From: an uncultured delta proteobacterium
GTDB lineage: Bacteria; Desulfobacterota; Binatia; UBA9968
Reading direction: 5' to 3'
DNA length: 64,000 nt
Assembly: GCA_963760795.1 (NCBI GenBank)
Contig: CAVXEP010000029.1
Location: 384,001-448,000 of the forward strand
A model generated the notes under the pieces. That model made no database searches. It was not told where the DNA came from and worked only from the letters and a program-made list of their open reading frames with translations. Positions 42,286-52,217 of the stretch are shown here, one piece after another. The stretch's first letter is position 1, and each line of letters starts with the position of its first letter. Position numbers and translations under genes: made by a program.

Positions 42286-42483
42286 CTAAATGACCTGCTG
42301 CAACAGAGCAACTGCCCGGTCGCGGACGTGGCGCGCGTGCGCTACACCAGCCTTGAACCGTTCTTCAGCATTGCGCTCTTCTTCCACCTTGCCCTGAGCA
42401 GCGGTGAATGATTCGAAGAATACTCTATACATGAGCTGTATCGTTGCACCGTAGGCTTCCACAACATGTGCTTTGTCATCCAT
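42286..42483 (-). CDS. Small hypothetical helical protein (65 aa)
   Basis: Strong RBS GGAGGAGG before ATG. Confidence 0.65.
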   Translation of the reverse strand: MDDKAHVVEAYGATIQLMYRVFFESFTAAQGKVEEERNAEERFKAGVAHARHVRDRAVALLQQVI

Positions 42484-42879
42484 TATTTAACTCCTCCTCC
42501 GGAAAATTGATTTGCCCAGGTTTGCGACGGCCAATTTGATAATCGCTCGCCGTCGTATAGGTGGCGAGCCAACAACAGGCTTTTAACTTGGAAATGACTG
42601 CTGATTCGCGCTTCTATAGCGCCAATAGCCGATTGTAAAGCGCCGAGAGCGGTGTGAAGCGGGCTAGTCGCTGGGACAGGTTAAAGAAAATTGCGGGTTG
42701 TGCAATTTGTTTAAAAAGCGCGCCCGGCCGCGTCTACCAGTTGAACATCCCATCCACGTGTCGGCGAATGTTGCACTGGACATGTCCACTATGCTTGGAC
42801 TAAGTTGTTTGCGGTGCGGGTTCCCGCGTGCACGCTTCGGTGTCGATCAATTCACGACGTCAATTTGAGGCCACAGTCT

Positions 42880-43881
42880 ATGACCAGAAGAGCGCTAATC
42901 ATTTTGCTGTTACTTTCACTCCGGGCGGATTTCGGCGCCGCCTACGGCCAGGCGACCAAGCTCATCGTTGCTTATGCATCTCCGGCGGCGACGTTCTGTC
43001 CCGGTTGGATCGCTCGGCGCGAGGGGATCTTCGCCAAGTACAATCTCGACGTCGAGATGGTTTTGATGCAAGGCGCGTCAGCCTATATGCCGGCGCTGGC
43101 CAACGGCAACATTCAGGTGCTTTATGGCGGCGGCACCGCGGTGTCGCGGGCGATTGCGACCAGGGATTTCGATGTCATGGTGATCGCCACCGAGACGCGC
43201 TACGTGCCGCTGCGCCTGATGGTCAATGCGTCGACGATCCGCACCCCGGCTGATTTGAAAGGCAAGCGCATCGGCGCCGGCCTCGCCGGCCTCGACGAGT
43301 ACGCGACGTTGCTTTATTTGGAAAAACTCGGCCTGGTCGTGGGAAAAGACGTGCAGATGGTCTATCTCGCCGGTGGCATTCCCAGCCGGGTGGCGGCGAT
43401 GAAGCAAGGGCTGATCGACGGCGTAGCGGTAAATCCGCCTAATGAATACGAGCTCGAAAAGGCCGGTTATCGCGAACTGGTCAACTTTCTCGATTTGAAG
43501 ATGCCCTACGCCGGCGTGCCGCACACGGTGAACCGGGCTTTTCGCGACCGCAATCGCCGGGTGCTGGAAGATTATATGACCGCTCACGTCGCCGGCATGC
43601 AATTGTTTCGCACTAATAAACAATTGGCTTTCAAAGCGATTGTAGAATTAACCCGGCAAAAAGATCCGGTGATTCTCGAGCGCACCTACGACACGTATTA
43701 TAAACAGTACGAAGCCATCGACGGTCTGCCGCTGCCATGGCAAGCCGGTATCGAGAGCATGATCACCGGCTTCCACGAACGCTTCAATCCCCAGGGCATC
43801 AAAAACCGCGATGCTTCGGGTTCTCTCGATGCGTCCTTCGTGCAGAAAGCTGCCGAGCGGCTAAAGCTCGGCAAAAAATAA
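42880..43881 (+). CDS. NMT1/THI5/SsuA-like substrate-binding protein
   Basis: Signal peptide, GIFAKYNLDVE, DLKGKRIG. Confidence 0.88.
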   Translation: MTRRALIILLLLSLRADFGAAYGQATKLIVAYASPAATFCPGWIARREGIFAKYNLDVEMVLMQGASAYMPALANGNIQVLYGGGTAVSRAIATRDFDVMVIATETRYVPLRLMVNASTIRTPADLKGKRIGAGLAGLDEYATLLYLEKLGLVVGKDVQMVYLAGGIPSRVAAMKQGLIDGVAVNPPNEYELEKAGYRELVNFLDLKMPYAGVPHTVNRAFRDRNRRVLEDYMTAHVAGMQLFRTNKQLAFKAIVELTRQKDPVILERTYDTYYKQYEAIDGLPLPWQAGIESMITGFHERFNPQGIKNRDASGSLDASFVQKAAERLKLGKK

Positions 43882-44001
43882 GCCAGAACGGGCAGTAGGT
43901 CGTGCGCAAGCCGCGCAAGCATTGCGCGTTAGCAGTGCAAAGCACGCAAAAAATAACCCAGAATTTTCCGGCGACGGCTACGGCATTTACAGGAGGAGTG
44001 C

Positions 44002-45054
44002 ATGCAGCAGTTTATCAAGTCGGTGTTTTTTCCCGTCGCGCTTTGGCTCTGTGGCGCAATTGCCGCATCGGTGGCCGTGATTCTCTGCGCTTTCGTTACC
44101 GTGCAGGCGGCCTCGCCGCTAGCGAGAGCTGTCATAAGCTATCCCAACGCCAACCCTCGGGTCGCGCCGCTTTGGATCGCCCAGGATCTGGATTTCTTCA
44201 GCAAGTACGGAGTCAAGGGCGAGGTGGTATTTGTCCGCAACAACCAGTCGCTCATCGCCGGGATAGCCGCCGGCGATATCGATGTCGGATACACGGGAGG
44301 CGCCACGGTTATCGGTGCGGCGGCAGGCGGTCTGGATCTGAAAATGGTTTCGAGTTTTGCCAGCCGCGGCCGGGGCTACTTGGTCGTGCGGCCGGAGATT
44401 TCCACGCCGGCCGATTTGCGCGGTAAACGGTTCGGCGTGATCAGCATCGGCGGCGCGCAGTGGATGTACGCGATGCTCGCCCTCGAGCAGTTTGGCTTAA
44501 ATGCCGTCAAGGACCGAGTTCAGTTCCTCATTATCGGCGATCCGACGGCGTTGGCTCGCGCTTTGGAAGCAAACCTGATCGACGCGACGGTTTTCACCAC
44601 GCCGAGCTACAATGCGAAACTCAAACAACAAGGCTTGAATATGCTCGCGGAACTGACGCCGCCGCTGGCCACGACCGGCATCGTCGCGAGCAGGAGTTTC
44701 ACGCAGAAGAATCCTGAAACCCTTGAGAACATTATGAAGGCATTGATCGAGGGTCTGACCTTCGTCCTGGCTCCCGGCAACAAATCACAGGTGATCAAAA
44801 CGCTGATGAACCGTTTCAAGATCTCCGATGCGTCGCTCGTCGAGGCGGAGTACGCCGATGCCATGAAAGACCTGGAGCCCAAACCTTATCCCGCGGCCGA
44901 GGGTGTTAGAAATATGCAACGACTCATGCAAGTGCAAAATCCCCGGCTCGCCAACATTAACCCTGCGAGCCTCATCGATAGCACCTTCGTTCGCAAGCTG
45001 GATGAAAGCGGCTTCATCGGCCAGCTCCAAGCACGCTACGGGGAGCGGCGATAG
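44002..45054 (+). CDS. NMT1/THI5/SsuA-like substrate-binding protein
   Basis: AGGAGGAG RBS; LWIAQDLDFFSKYG, DLRGKRFGV, LDESGFI. Confidence 0.88.
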   Translation: MQQFIKSVFFPVALWLCGAIAASVAVILCAFVTVQAASPLARAVISYPNANPRVAPLWIAQDLDFFSKYGVKGEVVFVRNNQSLIAGIAAGDIDVGYTGGATVIGAAAGGLDLKMVSSFASRGRGYLVVRPEISTPADLRGKRFGVISIGGAQWMYAMLALEQFGLNAVKDRVQFLIIGDPTALARALEANLIDATVFTTPSYNAKLKQQGLNMLAELTPPLATTGIVASRSFTQKNPETLENIMKALIEGLTFVLAPGNKSQVIKTLMNRFKISDASLVEAEYADAMKDLEPKPYPAAEGVRNMQRLMQVQNPRLANINPASLIDSTFVRKLDESGFIGQLQARYGERR

Positions 45055-45095
45055 CGACGTGGCATAACCGTAAGAACGCTCCCGAACGAGGGGAA

Positions 45096-46115
45096 CTATC
45101 GCTGATTGTAAAGCACTTCGATGAAGCCACTTGCTTCGAGTTCCTTGATGAATCGCAACTCGACAAAGTCCGTCGGGCGCGCCTCTTTGCCTCTGTCGCC
45201 GAGGGACTCCAAAACCGCCTTAATACCCTCCAAAGAAGGATATTGGTTTCGCGGCAGCTTATCGTCGCCAACCGACACATCATAGCTTTTCTCGAGCACG
45301 GCCGTGTCCTTAAAGCCGCCCATGAGCTGCGTGAAATATTTTAAGCCGGTTTTTCTGTCGCGCTTCATGACATGCACCGCTTCTACTTGGGACTTCACGT
45401 AACGGCGCACGACATCCGGGTGCTCTTTGATGAAGCGTCGAGTGGTCACGGGCGCGACATTTTGAAACGGCAACGCGCTCACGTCGGCTAAAATTCTGAA
45501 GCCTTCTTTTTCTGCGGCAAATACTGTCGGTGGGTTAAGCGATGTGGCCTGAACCCGCCCGCTGCGCAAAGCCGCCAAGCGCTCGGGCGTACCCCCGACC
45601 GCGATGATCGAAACATCTTTGGCGGGATTGAGCCCAAGCTTTCTGACGGCCAATTGCGTCGCAGTGTACGAGCCGCCGGAAAGACCCGCAGCGCCGATGG
45701 TCGCGCCTCTCAGCTGTTCGGCCGACTTTATACTTGGATGGCCCACCAGCCAGTAGTCGAGACCGACGTAACCGCCGGCGACATAAACGGCGCCTGAACC
45801 GCCGAGACTACTCTGCAGCACCGCAGGGGCCGCGGCTTGAATTAATCCCACTTCACCGGAAATAAGCGCCATCGTCGACACCGCGGCCTGAGCGCGGATG
45901 ACTGTAACGTCGAGCCCGTTCCGGGCAAATATTCCAGTCTCCTTCGCCAGAACCACCGGCAGATTGATCGGGCCCACGCCGGTATAACTGACCGTCAGTT
46001 TCACCGGCTGCGCCCGGGTCTCCGAAAGAAACAGCGTGAGGCTTAAACAGATAGAAATCGCTGCGAATAACATGGGCATCGATCTCAACGCGTTGGTCAA
46101 GGTATTACTCGCCAT
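45096..46115 (-). CDS. NMT1/THI5/SsuA-like substrate-binding protein (start uncertain)
   Basis: GIFARNGLDV, YPSLEG, LEASGFI. Confidence 0.85.
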   Translation of the reverse strand: MASNTLTNALRSMPMLFAAISICLSLTLFLSETRAQPVKLTVSYTGVGPINLPVVLAKETGIFARNGLDVTVIRAQAAVSTMALISGEVGLIQAAAPAVLQSSLGGSGAVYVAGGYVGLDYWLVGHPSIKSAEQLRGATIGAAGLSGGSYTATQLAVRKLGLNPAKDVSIIAVGGTPERLAALRSGRVQATSLNPPTVFAAEKEGFRILADVSALPFQNVAPVTTRRFIKEHPDVVRRYVKSQVEAVHVMKRDRKTGLKYFTQLMGGFKDTAVLEKSYDVSVGDDKLPRNQYPSLEGIKAVLESLGDRGKEARPTDFVELRFIKELEASGFIEVLYNQR

Positions 46116-46454
46116 TGGTTGCCGTCCATATTTTCTCTGATCCATTCTAATAGACCAGCCCACGCTCCAGCATATCCGCACGGTCGTCCGCACTGCCAAC
46201 AGAAACGACTATGGCAAAGGTCTGCTACGCCAACACTACCTGGAGCGGCACCGGTCTGAATCAAATCGTTCGCGTGGCTCCCACTAGTTGATCCACCCCT
46301 CTGCACATTTTATGCTCTCGGAATATGGCAGGGCTGTGTTTGCGTGGCCATTAGTAGCGGGTGTCTCAGGAGGAAAATCTATGTTTCCGAGTAAACGCTG
46401 TGATTCGTTCGTCTACCGCCGGTGCAGAATTGACGGTCGAAATCTTATTGCCAG

Positions 46455-47609
46455 TTGGCTATCGCCCATTGTCTCAAACTGTCTCTGCTCCTTGTCGGAC
46501 TCGCGGGGTGTGCGTCCGGGCCGGCGCAAGGTCAGGCGCCGCGCTCGCCAACGCCAGCCTCGGTGAATGGCATCGTTCAAGTCCAGTCGATCGCCAAAGG
46601 GCTCGAACATCCCTGGAGCCTCGCCATCCTACCGGACAAGCGCATGCTTGTCACTGAACGTCGAGGGCGATTGCGCGTGGTGGGAGCGGACGGACGCGTC
46701 TCCGAACCGCTCGCCGGAATCCCACAGGTTTACGCAAGCGGGCAGGGCGGACTTCTCGACGTGGTACTGAGTCCGGGATTCGAAAAGGACCGGCTCGTCT
46801 ATTTCTCTTTCGCCGAATCCGGTGATGGCGGCGCAGCCACCGCGGTCGCCCGCGGGCGGTTCGGCGAGCGCGGGCTCGAAAACACCCAAGTGATCTGGCG
46901 GCAGCAGCCTAAGGTCGGTGGCTCGAATCACTGGGGGTCGAGAATTGTTTTTCGTCCCGACGGCACGCTGTTCGTGACTTTAGGCGAGCGGTTCAACCAT
47001 TCCGAGAGAGCCCAGGATTTATCCGCCACACTCGGCAAGGTCGTGCGTATCAACCCGGACGGCTCGGCGCCGCGCGACAATCCGTTTGTCAATCGCGACG
47101 GCGCGCGCCCGGAGATCTGGTCGTATGGGCATCGCAACGTCCAAGCGGCCGCGCTCCATCCCGAGACCGGCCAGCTCTGGACCGTGGAGCATGGCGCCCG
47201 CGGCGGCGACGAACTGAACCATCCCGAAGCGGGGAAAAATTACGGCTGGCCCGTCATCTCTTACGGTACCCACTACACTTTTTTGAAGATCGGCGAGGGC
47301 ACGGTGAAACCCGGGATGGAACAACCGGTCTACTATTGGGATCCGGTGATCGCGCCCTCTGGCATGGCGGTTTATACGGGCGATCTATTCGCCGGCTGGA
47401 AGTACAACTTTCTTATCGGCTCGCTTACTCCGGGGGGATTGGTGCGGCTGGTGATGAAGGACGGCAAAGTCGTGCAAGAAGAGCGTTACCTGGGCGATTT
47501 ACGTGAACGCATCCGCGACGTGCGCCAGGCGCCGGATGGATCACTCTATCTTCTCACCGACTCGCGCGACGGGCAGATACTGCGCATAACGCCGGCAGCC
47601 AACCGTTGA
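46455..47609 (+). CDS. PQQ-dependent sugar dehydrogenase (YliI/Asd family) lipoprotein
   Basis: Lipobox LAGC; GQGGLLDV, IWSYGHRN, EHGARGGDELN, NYGWP, IAPSG. Confidence 0.92.
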   Translation: MAIAHCLKLSLLLVGLAGCASGPAQGQAPRSPTPASVNGIVQVQSIAKGLEHPWSLAILPDKRMLVTERRGRLRVVGADGRVSEPLAGIPQVYASGQGGLLDVVLSPGFEKDRLVYFSFAESGDGGAATAVARGRFGERGLENTQVIWRQQPKVGGSNHWGSRIVFRPDGTLFVTLGERFNHSERAQDLSATLGKVVRINPDGSAPRDNPFVNRDGARPEIWSYGHRNVQAAALHPETGQLWTVEHGARGGDELNHPEAGKNYGWPVISYGTHYTFLKIGEGTVKPGMEQPVYYWDPVIAPSGMAVYTGDLFAGWKYNFLIGSLTPGGLVRLVMKDGKVVQEERYLGDLRERIRDVRQAPDGSLYLLTDSRDGQILRITPAANR

Positions 47610-47796
47610 GTGATAAAAAAGCAGAGAATTTTTTCTCACGTCCCGCGCGTCCGCGGTAAACATCCGATGACATGCTGTTCTTCGTGTTGATATTAGAAAC
47701 CGGGGATATTGACTGCGATGAACGCAAAGGACGAAAAAATTAAACCTCGAGCATTAAATCCAATGCGCCCCGGTCCGGACCCACACACGCCGCGGG

Positions 47797-49156
47797 TTAT
47801 TTATCGAGCGAGGCCGCCGCGTGCTCTGCCGCTCTCATGCCTAGACCCAAAGAAGCGAGCAACCCGTTGCCCGGAAGATAGCCCTCCAAACCCTTGCCGG
47901 ATACGCCGCCGGCCACTCCGCCGCCGGCGTAAAGGTTGGGGATGATCGAGCCGTCGGCGCGCAGGACTTGGCCGTCGGCGGTTACCTTCAACCCGCCTTG
48001 TGTGTGGTACAGCGCCACCGTGACTTTGATGCCATAGAAGGGTCCTTGGAGCGGTTGCGGCAGCGCGCGTCCGAAAGCGTCAGTTGCCGCCGCTTGCCGC
48101 GCTGTCGTTATACTCTTGAATGGTTCGCTTCAGGCCTTCGGCGTCGATGGCCAATCTTCCTGCGAGTTGTTCCGGCGTGTCGGCTTTGAGCAAAAGCCCC
48201 GCGTCGAAGAAGCCCGACAGGTTTCTCAGGCCCGGCGCGTTTCGATGCAGCTGGTAGATACGCTCGTCGCAGATTTCGTAGGCCCGCTTGCCGGGCAGAT
48301 CGAGCATTTTGATGCCGAGCCCGCCGGGATATCGGGTTTCATCGACGAAACGCCTGCCGCCGACGTCGACCATGATGCCGCCGGATAGAGCCACCTCGGG
48401 CGCCACCGCGCGTTTTCCCGGACCGATGTATGCGGGGTACGGCTGGAAGGCGCCCATGTTTTCCGTCACCGCGCCGATCGCCAAACCCATCTTGATGCCG
48501 TCGCCGGTGCTGCCGTGGTGACCTGGAAAAGGAATGTCCACCGCTTTGGGAATGTAGCGGGCCAACAACTCCGCGCTCGCGCCAAAGCCGCCCGAGGCGA
48601 GAATAGTTTTTCGCGCCGTGAGCACGCCATCTTTTGTCGCCACGCCCGTTACCGCGCCGCCGGTTTCCTGTTGGAGCGACAATACCGGCGTCGAGAAGCG
48701 CACCTGGATATATTTCTCCCGCTCGACTGTTTCGAAGAGAAAATCGGTGATGGTTTTATCCGCCTTCCACGAGTGCGATCGCAGCGCCCCATGACCAAAG
48801 GCAAACTCGCCGATTTGAAATTCGATGCCCGCCATATCGGTCAGAAAATCGGCCACGCGCCCGGAAGTTTCCGTGAGCCGCCTGGTCAGGACTCGATCGC
48901 TCTCGTTGTTGTTCCGGCGCAGGATATCCTCGGCGTAGAGTTCCGGACTGTCCGCGATACTCAACTCGCGCTGGCGGCGGCTGCCGGCGGCGCGGATGCC
49001 TTTGGAAGAGAAAGCGGTCCCGCCTCCCGGTTTGTCGGTCTTCTCCAACAGCAGCACCCGCACGCCCTTTTTCGCCGCCACCAGCGCGGCCATGAGACCG
49101 CACCCTCCGGCACCGATGACGAGGATATCGCTGACCACCGAATCTAATTCCTGCAT
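47797..49156 (-). CDS. FAD_binding_2 flavoprotein (flavocytochrome c/fumarate reductase-like), one extra base near 48082
   Basis: VIGAGGCG, ILASGGF, TGDG; continues DAFGR...HTQGGL, NLYAGG, GNGL in next frame; GGAGG RBS. Confidence 0.85.
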
Positions 49157-49290
49157 CGAACCTCCAAACAGCATAGCCACAATATTTGAAAGCCGTCCGG
49201 AATTGCAACTTGCTGCTGGATTCCAGATGAACTGACTTTAGGTTGAAGCATTCGTTTCGCGTAGACACGATACAGGAAAACGAAAATGGC

Positions 49291-49445
49291 CCGCCGCCTT
49301 GGCAAGCGGGCATCGAGGCCATGCTCACCGGCTTCCACGAGCGCTTCAATCCACAGGGCATCAGAAACCGCGATGCCTCGGCTTCTCTCGATGGGTCTTT
49401 CCTGCAGAAAGCCGCCAGTGGCTGAAGTTCGGGAAGAAGTAAGCC
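49291..49445 (+). pseudogene. Orphan copy of the 3' end of the 42880-43881 gene (direct repeat of 43729-43884)
   Basis: Hand alignment: 22 substitutions and 1 gap over 156 bp, includes stop codon. Confidence 0.92.
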
Positions 49446-49627
49446 GCGTTGGGTAAAGCGCGGAAGAATGCTCTAGCAACGGAAATGGTTAATCTTTGCA
49501 CTGCTCGGTGCGTATGGTTCAGGAAAGATTGTCAAGATTATTTTGTCTGCGCCCGTGCATCAGCTTGATGCCTAGGGGAGTGGACCGATTGAATCATAAA
49601 GAGAACTCCCATTAATCGCCTGAGTCG

Positions 49628-50635
49628 CTAACGGCTTTTGTAGACGTTATCGACGAACCCGGTTGAGACGATTTCCCGAATGAATCTCGAATCGACAAAA
49701 CGTTGCGGCGTGACTCCCGGGGGCAAGGGCCGGGTTGCAGAAATTTCTTCTAAAATTGTTTGGATTGCCGCCGGTGTTGCTTCTGGGACTCTCTTAAAAT
49801 ACTTCGCGGCGTAGACTTCGTAAATCTTTTCCGAGGCAGGAGTCGCTTTCTGTTTCATGTACTTCTCAAGCGTTGCCAGAGCGGCAGCCTTATCCGTCCT
49901 GAAGCGATGAATGCCTTCGATATAGGCCTTTATGAACCGGCTGATTAGATCGGGTCGGTTTTTGAGAAGCGCTTGGCGCGCCGCAAAGGGTCCCAAAGGA
50001 TAAACCAATCCCGAGGTCGAGACATCGGCTAAGCGTATGTACCCGTCCGCTTCAGCCCGAAGGGTATCGGGGCCGGTGGAGAGAACGCCGCTCTGAATCG
50101 ATCCGCCCTTCAGTACGGCGAAGATTTGCGGCACAGATCCCGCTTGAAAGATCGCAACGTCCTTGTCCGGCTGAAGTCCCCATTTTTTCAAAAGGTAGCG
50201 CGCGATAAAATCTGACGTGGTTCCCAGACGGCTCACGCCCAGCTTAGTGCCGCGCAACTGCGCCGGCTCTTTGATGGAGGAAATCGCGTAAAGTTGGAAC
50301 GGCAGCGTATCGATAGTTGCACCCAGAATAGCTAGATCTGCGCCCGATAAGTTTGCTGAAATGAGAGCGACGGCTGAGGCGAAGGCGATACTGACGTCGC
50401 CGCCGATCAGAGCCTGCGTCGAAAGCGGCCCTCCCGCGATGTAGAGGATCTCCGCGTCGATGTCATATTTCTTAAAAATGCCCGCCTCTTTGGTGAGCCA
50501 GAGGGGTCCGTATGAAATCCCGATCGAAGTGTACGCGATGCGCAACGGTTGGCCATCGGCCGCATATGCTCGTATCGGCGCGAGACCCAGAACAATCCCA
50601 GCTAAGACGAAGAAGACCCTGAGCCGGGTCTTCAT
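49628..50635 (-). CDS. NMT1/THI5/SsuA-like substrate-binding protein
   Basis: Signal peptide, LWLTKEAGIFKKY, LRGTKLGVS; starts right after amidohydrolase stop. Confidence 0.87.
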   Translation of the reverse strand: MKTRLRVFFVLAGIVLGLAPIRAYAADGQPLRIAYTSIGISYGPLWLTKEAGIFKKYDIDAEILYIAGGPLSTQALIGGDVSIAFASAVALISANLSGADLAILGATIDTLPFQLYAISSIKEPAQLRGTKLGVSRLGTTSDFIARYLLKKWGLQPDKDVAIFQAGSVPQIFAVLKGGSIQSGVLSTGPDTLRAEADGYIRLADVSTSGLVYPLGPFAARQALLKNRPDLISRFIKAYIEGIHRFRTDKAAALATLEKYMKQKATPASEKIYEVYAAKYFKRVPEATPAAIQTILEEISATRPLPPGVTPQRFVDSRFIREIVSTGFVDNVYKSR

Positions 50636-50636
50636 G

Positions 50637-51641
50637 TCATTGCCAGCCATAGAAACGTTTGGCATTTTCTCCCAAGATTCTAGATTTGGCCTGCTCGGAA
50701 ATATCCTCACGGCTGCGAATGGTCTTGGTGACATTGGGGAACAACCCGTCCCAGTGGGGATAGTCGGAAGCGAAAAGAATTTTATCGTCGCCGATGCGCT
50801 CGATTACATAGGGGAGAGTTTCCTCTTCAGGCTCCGTGGCGAAAAACCAATTACCCTGTTTTAAATACTCACTTGGTTTATGCTTACACAGGGGCGCTTC
50901 GACCTTGCCTCGTTTCTCCCATTCCTCATCCATCCGTTCCATCCAATAGGGAACCCAGCCGACGCCGCATTCAAGAAAGCTCACGCGCAGCTTGGGAAAC
51001 TTCTCGGCAATGCCGCCGTACATCAAGCCGGCGAATTGAATAAAAGTCTCCACTGGCCGGCCGATGGTGTGCATAAAAATAAAACTATCAAAACGTATTT
51101 CACCAGCCGGTCCCCCGCGCCGGTTATGCACGCAGAGTGGGACGTTGAGTCGTTGCATTTCTTCATAGAGCGGCCAAAAGGTTTTCGATCCCAAGTGTTC
51201 TTTCATCCCTTGACTAGCCACTGCAATCGAGCAAAGTCCAAGCTTGGTCACCGCCCGGTTGGCCTCTTCGACGGCCACTGCTGGATCCTGAAGCGGCACC
51301 AAGGCAACGGCTCTGAGTCGCGAATTTTGCCGGCACACTTCAGCGATGAAGTCATTATAAGCGCGCGCGTATGCGATCGCGTAGTCGCGCTCGATAAGAC
51401 CGTTGACAGCAAAGCTACTGGTTGGAAACAAGACCGACACGTCAATCCCTTCTTGGTCCATGTCTCTGAGCCGTGTCGGAATGTCATTGTTTAATAAACC
51501 GCCCACCAAGCCGCCCAATCCTGTGTCCAAGCCGTCCGAAGGCAGCAGTCGACCCGCCCGCTTAGAATACGGCTCTGGTAGGTACTTGCGGATATCGGCA
51601 TCTCTCTCAACGATATGGCCGTCGGCGTCTATTATGTTCAT
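50637..51641 (-). CDS. Amidohydrolase_2 family protein
   Basis: IIDADGH, AYND, CVH, FLECGVGW, FASDYPH. Confidence 0.92.
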   Translation of the reverse strand: MNIIDADGHIVERDADIRKYLPEPYSKRAGRLLPSDGLDTGLGGLVGGLLNNDIPTRLRDMDQEGIDVSVLFPTSSFAVNGLIERDYAIAYARAYNDFIAEVCRQNSRLRAVALVPLQDPAVAVEEANRAVTKLGLCSIAVASQGMKEHLGSKTFWPLYEEMQRLNVPLCVHNRRGGPAGEIRFDSFIFMHTIGRPVETFIQFAGLMYGGIAEKFPKLRVSFLECGVGWVPYWMERMDEEWEKRGKVEAPLCKHKPSEYLKQGNWFFATEPEEETLPYVIERIGDDKILFASDYPHWDGLFPNVTKTIRSREDISEQAKSRILGENAKRFYGWQ

Positions 51642-51908
51642 TGTAAATACTCCTAATCGTTTCTTGAAGATGACTGAACGAGCGGAGCTTACTCAGAGCG
51701 CGGTACCGATGTCAATTGGGAGAAATAACGGGGTTGGGAACCTTTCGTGATGCTTCGCAGCGCTAGGAGTTTCAAGTCTTGCGATGCGACAAGGCAGCTG
51801 GCTCAAGCAACGGAAATGGAATTTGGGGTCGAGCTCGAGTGTTGACTAAGACGGCCAAGTTTTGAAGACGAAGGGTTTGTTGGGGCATGTCCCCGTTGCG
51901 ACTAGGAC

Positions 51909-52145
51909 TCAGGTGCCGCAGAAGGTGCGGTAGCAGCCTCGCCCTTCCGGTGCAGGTTCGGCGAAAGCGGCAAACTCCGGTTGTTCGTCGAAGGGGCAAG
52001 ATGGAATTTTCAGAAGCGTTTCGAGAGGCGCGTAATCGGCGCGTTCCACTGCGGCGCTCAAGGCTTCCTCTACTCGATGATTGCTCGCAATGAACGCGGG
52101 ATTGACCCGCCGCATGGCTTGTGCCTGTTCCGCGGGCGTAACCGA
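51909..52145 (-). pseudogene. Orphan copy of the 3' end of selO (direct repeat of 55359-55595)
   Basis: Hand alignment: 23 substitutions, no gaps over 237 bp. Confidence 0.95.
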
Positions 52146-52217
52146 CCCTCGCCGGTGCGCCTGTTTGGCCTTCCGGCTAACAACAAAGGATCGTATTAAT
52201 GCTCAGCGAAAGCCCGT

